A stretch of 64,000 bases of DNA from Octopus bimaculoides (Eukaryota), in contig NC_068982.1 of NCBI RefSeq assembly GCF_001194135.2, positions 38,568,613 through 38,632,612 on the forward strand, in the 5' to 3' direction. A program made the position numbers and the translations under genes. Positions 13,059 through 25,052 of the stretch are shown in pieces; positions within the stretch are counted from its first letter, which is position 1, and every line of letters begins with the position of its first letter. Below the pieces are notes generated by a model. It was not told where the DNA came from, did not search any database, and worked only from the letters and a program-made list of their open reading frames with translations.

Positions 13059-13779
13059 CTGCAAATAATATATGTATAAATGTCTTATGTTTACAATCAG
13101 TGCACACATCAATAAGAATATGTACTCACTCACACATGCACATACACACACACACATATATATAGATAGAGAAAGAGAGAACAGGCTTCCTCTAGTTTCC
13201 TTCTATTCACTCATTTTACTCATGAGGTCAATCAACATAGTGGGTTCAAACTGCAAGCCAAACGGTTTTGAAGAGAACTTTTTAACTATACAGCCATGCT
13301 TGTACCTACACCATACCTATCACTAGTGTGTGCACTGGATATCTTTTAGTTTCCATCCACAAAATCCACTCACAAGGCTTTTTGGTCAGGTTTATGTTAC
13401 AGAAGAAGGCACTTGCCCAAAGTGTCATGCAGTGGGATTGAACTTGACCCACATGATTGGAAAACAAACTTTTTAACCACACACCCATGCATTGCCAATG
13501 TGTATATATATGTGTATATATACACACATACCCAAGCACAGGTGTACTCTACTATAGCTGTGGACTGTCCAATACCATGTAAGTGAAGTTGGAGTATGGA
13601 ACCTGAAGAAACCTTTATATTGCAAGTACTCTTTCTTTTTCTAACTTATGAAACCTCCTTAGATAACTGTATATATATATATATATATGTTTGTTTGCAC
13701 ACACACACATACACACACACGTCTGCTAATTACATCGCCAAGGTAACAAAAGCTACCAGTTATTTCCAGTAAGCCATTC

Positions 13780-14215
13780 AGGCATTTAAGAGAATCTGTT
13801 TCCGATGTACCCACAGCACATTCTGCTCCAGTGCATCTATCGCATATGCAGTTTATATTCTTTGTTTGCCTCTGATTTTACGTCTCTTTTGTGTCTATAG
13901 CTTACAATGGGTACAGTGTATGGAGTTTATATCATGACATTTACTGCATGTCAAGCAATGCCATTTCCCATGAGGATACCAGGGTCTGTCTTCTTCCCTC
14001 ATTAAAACCTTAATCTTTGCTAAGTTTGTTTTAAGACTTCTGGAGTCTAGATTTAGAACTATGAGAACTAAATCATTAGTATATAGGGGTTCCCATAGAC
14101 GACCAGTCATAACTCGTCTGTGATGGTCTGTAAGACAATGATGAACAAGAGGACTGAGGACTAAGCCTTGGGGCTCAGACTCAAGATACCATGAAGGTAG
14201 GGACTCCTGCCATTA
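13780..14215 (-). pseudogene. Decayed RTE LINE fragment
   Basis: MTGRLWEPLYTNDLVLI...KTNLAKIKVL...GKWHCLTCSKCHDINSIHCTHCKL. Confidence 0.8.
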
Positions 14216-14561
14216 TGCTAAATTTATCACTGAAGTCATTGTTTACTCATTTTACTAACTACATCTTTGTACATAGCTTACACACACACACACATTCATA
14301 TATATGCATATATATACATTCATATATACATATATATTACATGCGTGTGTAGATGTATGTGAACACACACACACTGTTGATGTCATAAGATTTTTATAAA
14401 TTTTCGAGAGAACATGAAATAATTCTTTTATAAAATAGTGGTTCTCAAGGCTCACATAAAGCTATAAATAACAGCATGTAGATATTGGGTTGAAAATCCC
14501 TTTTCGATACGGAGTCAAATTATTACACATACATATAAACATGTATGCATACATACACATG

Positions 14562-14604
<43 letters not shown>

Positions 14605-16827
14605 GCCCACACACACGTACATACATACAGGTGGAAAATTCCCAATAAATCTACTGAGAACAAACATATCGAACTTGATATAGTTATCTGAGACACAAGA
14701 GAAAATACATGAAAAGATATGGGATAGCTGTCCGACAGATGTAAACATCTTTTCCAAAATCTGTAAGAGAATATCGATGAAGAACTGTTCCGAAACCTGC
14801 AGCTCCTCAACTCTGATTATAAATTCCCATTTATAGCAATAATCATTGATTAAATTAGTTATGCAAGTAAATATCTTTAGTGACAATATGGAAAAGCTAA
14901 GATTTTTGGGGAAAGTGACCGGTTAACATGAACTTTAAATAACAATCAATAAAATATGCAAGCCTTTCTGAAAGTTCAATATTTAACAATTATTATTGTT
15001 GATATCCAAAATCCAGTGATGAAATTTTTTTTTTTTTTTCGTTTGTTTGTTGGAAACCAGTACTCTTTCCCTTTAAGTAATAAATTAGTCAAACGCCTAC
15101 ATGCCTGCATGCACGTATGTATGTATATATGTATGTATGCATGTATGTATGCATGTATGTATGTATGCATGCATGTATGTTTGCATGCATGTATGTATGC
15201 ATATATGTATGTATGTGTACTTATTAACAAACGCAAATATTGATATTCATATATGAATGACAAGGTTCAAAACACATTATATAACACTTTTGCATTGAAG
15301 CAAAATATTATGCACACTCACACACACGTGTGTGTGAGTGTGTTGTTTGACAAACTCACTGATAAATCAGCTGCAGAGAAAACGTTGAAGTCACTGTCAA
15401 CAGTAACTTAAAAAAGTGTTTAATTCAGGATTTCGTATCGAGTCGTTTTTCATTGCAACGTTGGTGTACACTTTCGTACATGCGCACACATACACTTTAT
15501 TATATATGTATATATGCATATACATGCACATACACCCACATATATACAGCTGTGTGTGTGTGTATGTATTATGTATATTTATGTATTTATATATGTACAT
15601 ATGTGTACGTATGTATGTTTATGTGTGTATTTTGCGTGTTGCGTGTCTGTATATTTGTCTATGTGTATCTTCCCATTGACACTGCAGTGCTGAATACGCC
15701 CGTACTATTATGAGTGTAATAGTAAAAATTTAACGACACCTCGTCCAACCTGTCAGCATGGAAAAAACACTAAGGTGGATGGTGACACATTCATACGTGC
15801 GTGTATGCATGCATGCATACGTGCATGCATGCATGCATGCATACATACATACATACAAGCATGCATGCACATATGGATATACATTTGCATGTATACGCAC
15901 ACTCATATATACAACTCGATTTAACCATTAATCCGAAGTATAGACAGTAGCAGGGAGGAGAGCTTCTGCTAGGCGATTCTAGAGGTAGTGAATATAGGAA
16001 AGGTAGCTAAATATGAGTTAGAGGCAAGCATAGAAATAAATCGTCTTGGACTAGACATGAGCTGTCCTTCGGTATGGCATAACATCCGACAGCTACTTGA
16101 CCTAGCGTTACAAGTAAAGCCATAGAAAACAGTGTGGTGGATGTGTCAGACGTTACTAGCTAAAGTAAACTCTGTGAGGTCAATGATCAGATTCACCAAG
16201 TTCCTAAAGTGCATTGCTGCTAACAGCTATAAACCCGGTAACCATGCACGAGTGATTATAAAAGGGTGAGGGAGGTGGACTGCCTCGTCAGATACTTTAT
16301 ATATGTATGTATCATTTTGTGCTGTTCAGGTTGGAGGTAGGTGTAGAGTTTGTCCCAGGTGGTATAAACTCAAGTTACGTCAGTGCAACGATGGACGTTA
16401 AATTTCAAAACCCAAGCAAGCTCGCGACCAGACCATCTTTATTTGTGATCGATGAAAGCATAATAGCATAGAGGAACATAAATACAAACATATACTCATG
16501 CAAAAATATGCGTTTATATTATAAACACGAGAAACATAAACACTTTCACATTAACATATGCGCATGTTCTTCCATCTATCATTCCGTCAGTATGTACAAA
16601 TGTAACTACATACATATATTGTATATACACACCTATACAAACACAATATGCAAAGGGAAACTATTCTGTTATCAAAATCATCTTACGAGAAAGGATTCCA
16701 AAATAATAAATTACTTTAAAATAGCTGTTACATATGTGAAAGATAGGCGTGAGTATGCTCGTGCTTTATTTGACATTCTGTTTTAATTAATAACGAAATA
16801 AAGGTAATCAGATGAAAAGTAACTTAC

Positions 16828-16902
16828 CTCGTGAATCAACTTGTGTTGTTTAATCATGGTAAAGATCCCGTTTCCGAAAAACAAAGTTACAAATGGCTTC
16901 AT
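16828..16902 (-). CDS. Putative first coding exon of an unrecognised spliced gene (MKPFVTLFFGNGIFTMIKQHKLIHE; alternative start at ATG 16857)
   Basis: Minus strand reads ATG AAG CCA...ACC ATG ATT AAA CAA CAC AAG TTG ATT CAC GAG followed by a consensus donor gtaagt (phase 0). There is an in-frame TAA upstream. It lies in a CpG-rich island. A cag at 16912-16914 means it could instead be an internal exon. Confidence 0.6.
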
Positions 16903-17045
16903 AAGGTTAAGCTGCCGCAATGTTTATGTAGATAGAGGCCCATACGTAATCGCTACCGATTTACGTAGGCAGCCATTCACGTAGGTAAAAGACGTACGTT
17001 CCTAGCTCACCTATCTACTTACCAACCTACCTATAAATAGACACT
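16860..17045. promoter_or_regulatory. Putative CpG-rich promoter with clustered ACGT cores, an ETS-like CGGAA and a plus-strand TATAAAT
   Basis: ACGT at 16944, 16963, 16979, 16992 and 16996. TTCCG at about 16872-16876. TATAAAT at 17032-17038. Immediately upstream of the candidate first exon. Confidence 0.45.
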
Positions 17046-19454
17046 TGCCACTTCTCTCTCTCTCCCTCGCTTGATTCCTTTACAAAAGGATATTCCAGTC
17101 ACAATACCAACATTGCTGACATTTCTCTGTATCTCACCCTCCACCAATGCCATTAGCTTCGCTTATGAGGACTTCTTGAGGTCGAGGAGATGTTTCCAAA
17201 ATAATGAGCCAACCTTAAAAATGTAAATAAATAAATATTACTCCGTTACATATATGTGAGAAAATCTTGCTGAAAATGAGAAGATAAATTTTGTTATAAT
17301 TTATTTAATTCTAAAATTCCTAGAAGGGATATTTTGTTTCTATAAAATTAAATATAAAAGAACAAATTTAACTATCTTAATACGTACAATAACTGTCCAC
17401 TTATCTTCTCTGCAAATACTTTATCGAAATAAGCTTAGGGACTACCATGTCCTGTAAATCCAGTGGCTAGCATCCTTCATTTTTTAAGCTGACACTCAAT
17501 TTAACTTACTTAGGAGTAATGTTATAAGTAATTAGACTAGGAGAGATTGCTTTTCGGAATTTAAAGATTGGAAATGTCTATGGAAAATTTTACAACACTT
17601 CTAGCGGTTTACCATAACGCGGGTCTTCAGACTGCCTTAGTTAAACGACTACTGTTATCCGTTGAGAGTACTAATTTAACCCTTCCTTATTTGTCTGTTC
17701 TCACACTCCAGTAGAGCTACTGTTGGCTATTATTAGATCATCGCTTCCAAAATAAGACCAAACTAGCTTACACTTGTTATATGTATTCACTCTCTAGTTG
17801 AGGAATTCCCCAGCAGACTGCACAAGCATCAACTTTCTCTGTAATAGCTTCTAATCTTCTATTCTTATATATCTATAACTCATTTTTAAAACTGCAAAGC
17901 TGATGAAAGAGATCTCAACTAATCTAGCTATGGATTAAAAGGTATTTACGAAACCCCAAGATCAGGAAAACAATTAAGAGTAATTTTCTTCTTAAATCTA
18001 CTTATTGACCAATAACCGAGCATTCATTTACCTTACAGATAGTGTGCTCATTCAGCAATTATTTGTTGCTCTGGTGACAAGAAGTTTCTGGTTTCGAAGT
18101 GAGTTAACTGGCACTGTATTTTCCAAATCAATGAAAAAGTGAAGTAATTTTTATTTTTCATCGTAAGAAAGAAAAAAGTTACTTAATGTGAGATCTGACC
18201 TCATATTCTAATTAGGTTAAAGGGGAAGTGATAAATTTGATCTACTTGAATTGATAATATAAATCAAAGGAATATGTTTAAGTTACTAACAAGAATGTAG
18301 AAAGTGAGTGAGCATTAGATAGTTGTAATGTCTCAGATGTTACTGTCATGTGATAACAATCAATGCGAAAATTGAAGATAAAAAACACAAAATACAAGAT
18401 AAACAGGTTGTAAAAGTATCTTGAGCTTATAAATGATGACGAGAGATTGACAAAATGAAATAAATAAATGAAGAAGAAATAAACCTAAAGAAATTCTCCA
18501 AACTTAACAGTGTTGTAGTTAACAAAAGAGTAGTTAATGATGGGACAAAGTAGAAAATCATTTTGCATATCAGTATGAAGATAAGAAATAGACAAGTGAA
18601 AAACAATAACAATTATAGAAAGAAATTTAATAAAATTGTATTCAAATTTAAGTCAAGTCACAGTTGCTGTAAATGCCAGCTTCATAAGCAGTCACTTATA
18701 TTTCACAGATTAAAGTAACACATGTTAATATTACTTAATAAAAAATGGGCAGCGAGCTGGCAGAGCTGATAGCTTGCCGGAAAAAAATGCCACTAAACAT
18801 TTTGTCCGTCTGTACATTTTGAGTTCAAATTCCACAGAGGTTGACTTTACTTTTAATTATTTTGGGCTTGATAAAATAAGTACCCGTTGAATACTGGTGT
18901 CAATATAATTGATTTACTTCTGCCCCTGAAATTGCCGGCCTTGTGACAAAACTTGAAATGAAAGTTACTTAAAAAAATGCTTATATTTTAACTGATTTAT
19001 TTATTAGTGTAGCTGCTTCTTAATTGTTATTTTATCTTCCTTTCATTTGTGATTTTGCTTCCATGTTCAGCTATACTTGGCTTTTCATTAATCTACATTA
19101 ATTGTCAGATTTGGAATCTTTACAGGTAGTTAGCAGGCAACTTATATAAGTTATGTGTTGTATTTGCATGAGTATGTAAAAGTGTATGCACGTTTATGCT
19201 TTATGCAGGTATGTATTCACACACACACACACACACATACACATGCATACACATACACATACATATATACATACATACATGCATGCATGTATGTATGCAT
19301 GTATTCATTGGTTTCAATCTTTAGATTGTGGCCATGCTGGGGCACTCAACACAGATTAGAGTGGATGTCAGCCAGGGTATTTCCTATGCTGAAGTGAAAC
19401 ATGAGCAATGCATTGATCCTGGCAGCATGAAAAAGTGAGCATAAACTGAAAAGG

Positions 19455-19501
<47 letters not shown>

Positions 19502-19771
19502 ACACACACACACACTCACACACACACGCACACACACACATACACACACATAAGTTCAGGTATGGCTGAGTAGCTATGAAGTTTGCTTTCCAACCATACC
19601 AACCATATGATCTTTGGTTCAGTCCCACTGTGTGGCACCTTCTATTATAGCCCTGGGCCAACCAAAACCTTGTGAGTGGATTTAGTAGACAGAAACTGAA
19701 AGAAGCCCATTGTGTGTGAATATATATATGTGAGTATGCATGTGTGTGTGTGTGAGAGTCTATAGTCTGTG

Positions 19772-19861
19772 NNNNNNNNNNNNNNNNNNNNNNNNNNNNN
19801 NNNNNNNNNNNNNNNNNNNNNNNNNNNNNNNNNNNNNNNNNNNNNNNNNNNNNNNNNNNNN
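19772..19861. other. Assembly gap with duplicated flanks
   Basis: N run; 19652-19771 is repeated identically at 19862-19980. Other N gaps: 23824-23975, 43492-44388, 45195-45465, 50240-50928, 52441-52707. Confidence 0.95.
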
Positions 19862-20189
19862 CTGGGCCAACCAAAACCTTGTGAGTGGATTTAGTAGACA
19901 GAAACTGAAAGAAGCCCATTGTGTGTGAATATATATATGTGAGTATGCATGTGTGTGTGTGTGAGAGTCTATAGTCTGTGTATTGTATGTTTACGTGTGT
20001 GTGTATGTATGTTTTTGTGTGCATCTTTGTCTAGATATCATGTGATGGCTGTAAATGGTTGCCAGTGTCATACAAACGAGGTTGTTTGTTTCTAGTCTTC
20101 TGTGAAAAACATGTCTAACTATGGGGAAATATTACTTTGCTTGGAAACAGGTGACAGGAAGAATGTCATCCAGCTGTAGAAAGTCTGCC

Positions 20190-21560
20190 CCAATCATCAT
20201 CATCATCATCATCATCATCATTTAATGTCCTTTGTCCATGCTGGCATGAGTTGGACGGTTTGACTGGGCTGGAATGTTGGAAGGCTGTGCCAGGATCCAG
20301 TCTTATTTGGCTTGGTTTTCTATGGCTGGATGCCCTTCCTAATGTCAACCACTCTAAGAATGTAATGTGTGCTTTTGCATACCACTGGCATGGGTGCCAT
20401 TTTCGTGACACCAGTATCTGCCATGACTGTGATTTTGCTCAGCTTGATGGGTCCTCCTCAAGCATGACATAATGCCAAAGGTCTCAGCCATGAGGCCCAA
20501 TGCTCAAAGGAACTCAGCCACTTCATTTCCATGAGGCCTATTCAAGAGGAACTCAGCCACCTCGCCTCTGTGAGGCCCAACACTTGAAAGGAACTCAGCC
20601 ACTTTACCTCCATGTGGCCTAGGGGCTCAGTCACTTTGCCACCATGAGGCTCAGTGCTCAAAAGGAACTCAGCCACCTTGCCTCTGTAAGGCCCACCACT
20701 TGAATGGAACTCAGCCACTTTGCCTCCATGAGGCCCAGTGCTCAAAAAGAACTCAGTCATTTTGCCTCCATGAGGCCCAATGTTCAAAGGTTGACTTTTT
20801 CTTTACGTGCTCCCAGCATCGGTTCACTTGGCTTGATGGGTTCTCCTAAGCAGAGCACATCACCAAAAGTCTCAGTCACTAGTCATTGCCTCTGTGAGGC
20901 TCAAAGTTCAAAGGTCATGCTTCACCACCTCATCCCATGTCTTCCTGGGTCTACCTCTACCACAGGTCCTCTCTACAGTTAAAAGTCAGCTCTTCTTTAC
21001 ACAGCTGTCCTCATCCATATGCATCACATGAACATACCAATGCAGTTGTCTCTCTTGCACACCACACCTGATTCCTCTTATGCCTAACTTTTCTCTCAAG
21101 ATGCTTACACTCTGTCAAACATGCACACTGACATTGCACATCCAGCAAAGCATACTGGCTTCATTTCTCTCAAGCCACGCATGTCCTCAACTGTCATAGC
21201 CCATGTTTCACTGCAATGCAGCATAGCTGTTCACCACTGGCATCAAACAATTGTTGCCTGCAGGAGTAAGAGGTCTCTGAACTTTGCCTAGCCTAATCTT
21301 ATTCTCATAGTATGCTCTTGGAACAACCACCTCCTCTACAAACCTGGTTGTCTAGATTCCAGAAGCTATCTACTACCTTTAGCTTACCCCCCTGCCAGTT
21401 GATGGAGTCTATTTTCTGCACTTGTTCAGCATTTATTATGCCTGTGCATCTTCCACATATAAAAGTTAGTTTCTCTGTTAATCTTCCTTTGATGTTGCTG
21501 CAAATTTTGTGTCCAAAGCTTACATTGGGTGAATCTTATGAAGTTTCTACCTACACCTGG
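20190..21560 (-). mobile_element. 5'-truncated RTE LINE including 3' region and (GAT)n tail
   Basis: Reverse complement of about 21230-21560 aligns by eye to 47840-48150. The tail GGAAGGGCATCCAGCC...CATGGACAAAGGACATTAAATGATGATG lies at 20190-20345. Confidence 0.8.
20482..20790. repeat. About 39-41 bp minisatellite, about 8 units, inside the RTE 3' region
   Basis: Consensus AAGGAACTCAGCCACTTTGCCTCCATGAGGCCCAGTGCTCA repeated in tandem. Confidence 0.92.
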
Positions 21561-21699
21561 GAAAGAATAATTAGACAAGTTTTATGCACAAGAAGAAAAA
21601 GTCTTGGAAAAAGTATGACATGAAGTTGTTGAGTGAGGACAATATCTGGGAGAGAGAAAATCTGCTTTAGGTGGACCCGGCAGAGAGAGACCAGACACT

Positions 21700-23295
21700 G
21701 AGGTTGACAGTTGTAGAATTGAAAGTGCAATTATTTGCAGTTATATTTGACCATCATGGGTATCACTGAGATGTATGACTATCAGTTGTTACAAGGGTAA
21801 AAGAAATGCTCTGAAAAGGAGCAACAACAGAAGAATCAGACAGATAGAGCTAGCTTTGAATGTAATTGAATTATAGAAGAATTGATTTGAAAGAGAAGTA
21901 GCTTAGATGAGATGCAGTTTATGTTTGTACCAGAATGGGGTGCTACTGATGACTTTCTTAATGAGACAACGGTAGAAGTTCTAATATAAGAGTAAGCTAC
22001 TGTATTTAGAATTTGTTGATGGAGAAAGCCGTTGACAGTACCCCAGGCATATTGTCATGTAGTCACAAAGAATACTAGGTGTTGATGTGCTTGCAATAAT
22101 GTACAGAGATGCCATCATCAAAGTGAGAGTTAGCAATGAGTTAATCAAGGAATTTAGAGCACTGGTAGGTGTTCATTAGCTCACAGTTGTTCTCTTTTCC
22201 CTAGTGTTTATTATAGTTATTCAGGCTGTAACAGAAGAGTTTATGGCCAGCTGTCTGTGGAAACGCCTATGTGGTGATGACCTATTCTCAAAGTTAGATA
22301 AAATTGTCATATTTTGAAAGAAGAATTTTTGAACACAGAAACAAGTCTAGTATTGAAAAGCCTCAAAGTTAACTTAGAAAAACAAAAGATTTAGTTTACA
22401 GAAAAGAAGATAGGACTCTACAGACTACCATCAGAGAGGTGGCCATAACTAATTTTCAACAAGGTTCCACACAGTGTGACTGAACTAAAAACCACATGGT
22501 TGGAAAGCAAACTTTATAGCTACACAGCCATGCCTGAACTTATATATGTGTGTGTGTGCTAACTATGACTGCTCAAGAGATGCAGTAGGATCATGTTGAC
22601 AGATGTGCAGGAGTAAATTAGGTGCAAGGGTAAATTAGGGGTAAATAGGGGCATTCATGAAATGAATTCTTTTAAATGCTTGAAAGGCTCCTTAGAAGTA
22701 GTTGATAGCTTCTGTTACCCAGGTGATCTAATTAATATAGATTGTATTTTGGAATTATGGCAGCCAGAGTAAGAACAGGGTAGGAAAAGTTCACAGCGCT
22801 ATTACTCCTACTGACAGCAAGTAAGTTCACTTTTCAAGTGAAGGGCAAATTATATAATGTTTATATATGAAGTGCAATATTGTATAGGAGTGAAACAGAC
22901 AAGGAATGTGTAGGATGTGCAATTGATGGAAAGAAATGAAGCAAACATGATACACTGAATGTGTAACATTTGTGTACATGAGCATATGGATGAGCTAAGA
23001 GAAAAGCTGGATAGCAGAGAAATGAAATGTAGCATGAAAGACAGAAGACTGTGCTGATACAAACATGAAGCATATGCAAGATATCAGATGGGTAAAGATA
23101 TGACAAGCAAGAGTATACAGCAAATCACCCAGTACATTCTGTATAATAGTTGGCCTTAGGAAGGGCATCCAGCTGTAGAAACCGTACCAAAGTGGATATC
23201 AGACCTCAGTGCAGTCCTCTGGTTCACTGATTCCTATCAAGCCATACAGTCCATGCTAGCATGGAAAACAGATGTTAAATAGTGATGATGATTAT
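21700..23295 (+). mobile_element. Decayed RTE LINE (RT through 3' tail), interrupted by a SINE fragment
   Basis: gatgagatgcagtttatgtttgtacca (DEMQF.FVP), ggtgatgaccta (xDDL), gaagtagttgatagcttctgttac (EVVDSFCY); tail at 23150-23295. Confidence 0.75.
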
Positions 23296-23307
23296 ATATA
23301 CATACAT

Positions 23308-23795
23308 AAAAAACACCATTCGAGCGTGGCTGATGCCAGTACCGCGTGACTGGCACCCATGCTGGTGGCACGTAAAATGCACCATTCAAGCATGGCTGAT
23401 GCCAGTGGCATGTGAAAAGCACCATTCAGCAAGGCTGATGCTAGTACCACTTGACTGGCACCCATGCTGGTGGCACATAAAAGGCACCATTTTGAGTGTG
23501 ACTGATGCCAGTGCCACCTGACTGGTTCCTGTGCCGGTGGCACATAAAAAGCATCATTCAAGCGTAGCCGATGCCAGTTCTGCCTCACTGGGTCCCATGC
23601 CTGTGGCACATAAAAGTACCCACTACACTCTCGGAGTGTTTGGCATTAGGAAGGGCATCCAGCTGTAGAAACCTTGCCAAATCAGATTGGAGCCTGGTGC
23701 AGCCTCTTGACTTGCCAGTTCTCTATCAAACTGTCCAACTCTTACCAACATAGAGAGCAGATGTTAAATGACAACGATGATGATGATGATGATGA
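23308..23795 (+). mobile_element. RTE-tailed element with a 5' tandem array of about 65-bp (one about 41-bp) hairpin-containing units
   Basis: About five units of the form AAAAGCACCATTCRAGC-TGGCTGATGCCAGT-N8-ACTGGCACCCATGCTGGTGGCAC, followed by the standard tail and (GAT)n. Confidence 0.85.
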
Positions 23796-24149
23796 TTATA
23801 TATATATATATATATATATATATNNNNNNNNNNNNNNNNNNNNNNNNNNNNNNNNNNNNNNNNNNNNNNNNNNNNNNNNNNNNNNNNNNNNNNNNNNNNN
23901 NNNNNNNNNNNNNNNNNNNNNNNNNNNNNNNNNNNNNNNNNNNNNNNNNNNNNNNNNNNNNNNNNNNNNNNNNNNTATATATACATACATACATACACAA
24001 ACATAAATGTATACACACATATGTGTATTTATATACATACATGTATGCATGCATGTATTTGTGCAATGTATATATGTATGTGTTTGTGTGTATGTTCGAT
24101 ATATACACATCTATATATTATGTAAATAGATTTATATTTATATATATAT

Positions 24150-24181
<32 letters not shown>

Positions 24182-25052
24182 ATATATATATGTATATATA
24201 GGTATATAGGGTTAGCATGAGTTATTAGGTCAATATTTTTATAATCATTTGATCTCACTTATTAACTACAAGCCATTTTCCCATCAAGCATCATTGCAAA
24301 ACATTTCTTATCTTAGCTTGCATAATCCATAATCATCACATGTCCAAAACATCTCATACACCAACCAATAGTTTTGAGAATAGCCGCTTTCAACTGTGCT
24401 AAATCTCTTTTGAAATTCACATTACATATTGAGTAGATTATATTTAATTTATTCCTCTAAGGTAGTTCACCTTTTGTTTGATTACCATTTGATTGCTAAG
24501 TAACAGCATATATTTCTGAAACTTTATCGTATGCAATGTAGAAAGTACACTGTTAGCAAATGTAACAGTTTCTAAAAATGTCTATCACCAACTAGAAATT
24601 TTTAATAGTACTCTTAGCATTGATTAAATATTTTTATTAATAGAACTTGTCTGTTATTTGCAGTGGTCCATGATATGTAGTGGTTATATCACTTCTAATG
24701 TGAATTTCATCAGTGCAGTTAGAGAACTTGAATTTGTCATCATTTTACTGTTAGTGCTATTACATTTTTTAAGTATTATTACTACACTTTTCACTCCTAC
24801 TTTATACCATGCACTCTCATACTTAAAAGATATAAAATGCATACATACATTCATGTGTGATTATGTGATTTTGAGTACCTAAACTGAGATCCTTTCCTGT
24901 CCCCATTGCATGTTTAAAATATATGGTCACTCTGTGTGTATACTATGCCTGCTTTACCATGCAACCCTCTAAATTTTTGTCTGCTGTTTTTGCTCTCAAT
25001 CACCAGCTGATTTCTTAAATATGAAGTAATTGATATAAATACATTTAATGTT

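Noticed and set aside
13576-13602. 27-nt in-frame cassette exon (VPYSNFTYM) between exons 1 and 2
   Set aside because: Weak donor (gtattg) and expected by chance.
14774-14806. Hammerhead-like TCGATGA-AGAACTGTTC-CGAAAC
   Set aside because: The core is not CTGATGA, and no stem III or NUH cleavage site can be formed.
19652-19980. 120-bp exact direct repeat
   Set aside because: It sits on both sides of an N gap, so it is most likely unmerged contig overlap.
20482-23625. CRISPR-like repeat arrays (39-bp and 65-bp units)
   Set aside because: The units are contiguous with no unique spacers, there are no cas genes, the context is eukaryotic, and both arrays are embedded in retroelements.
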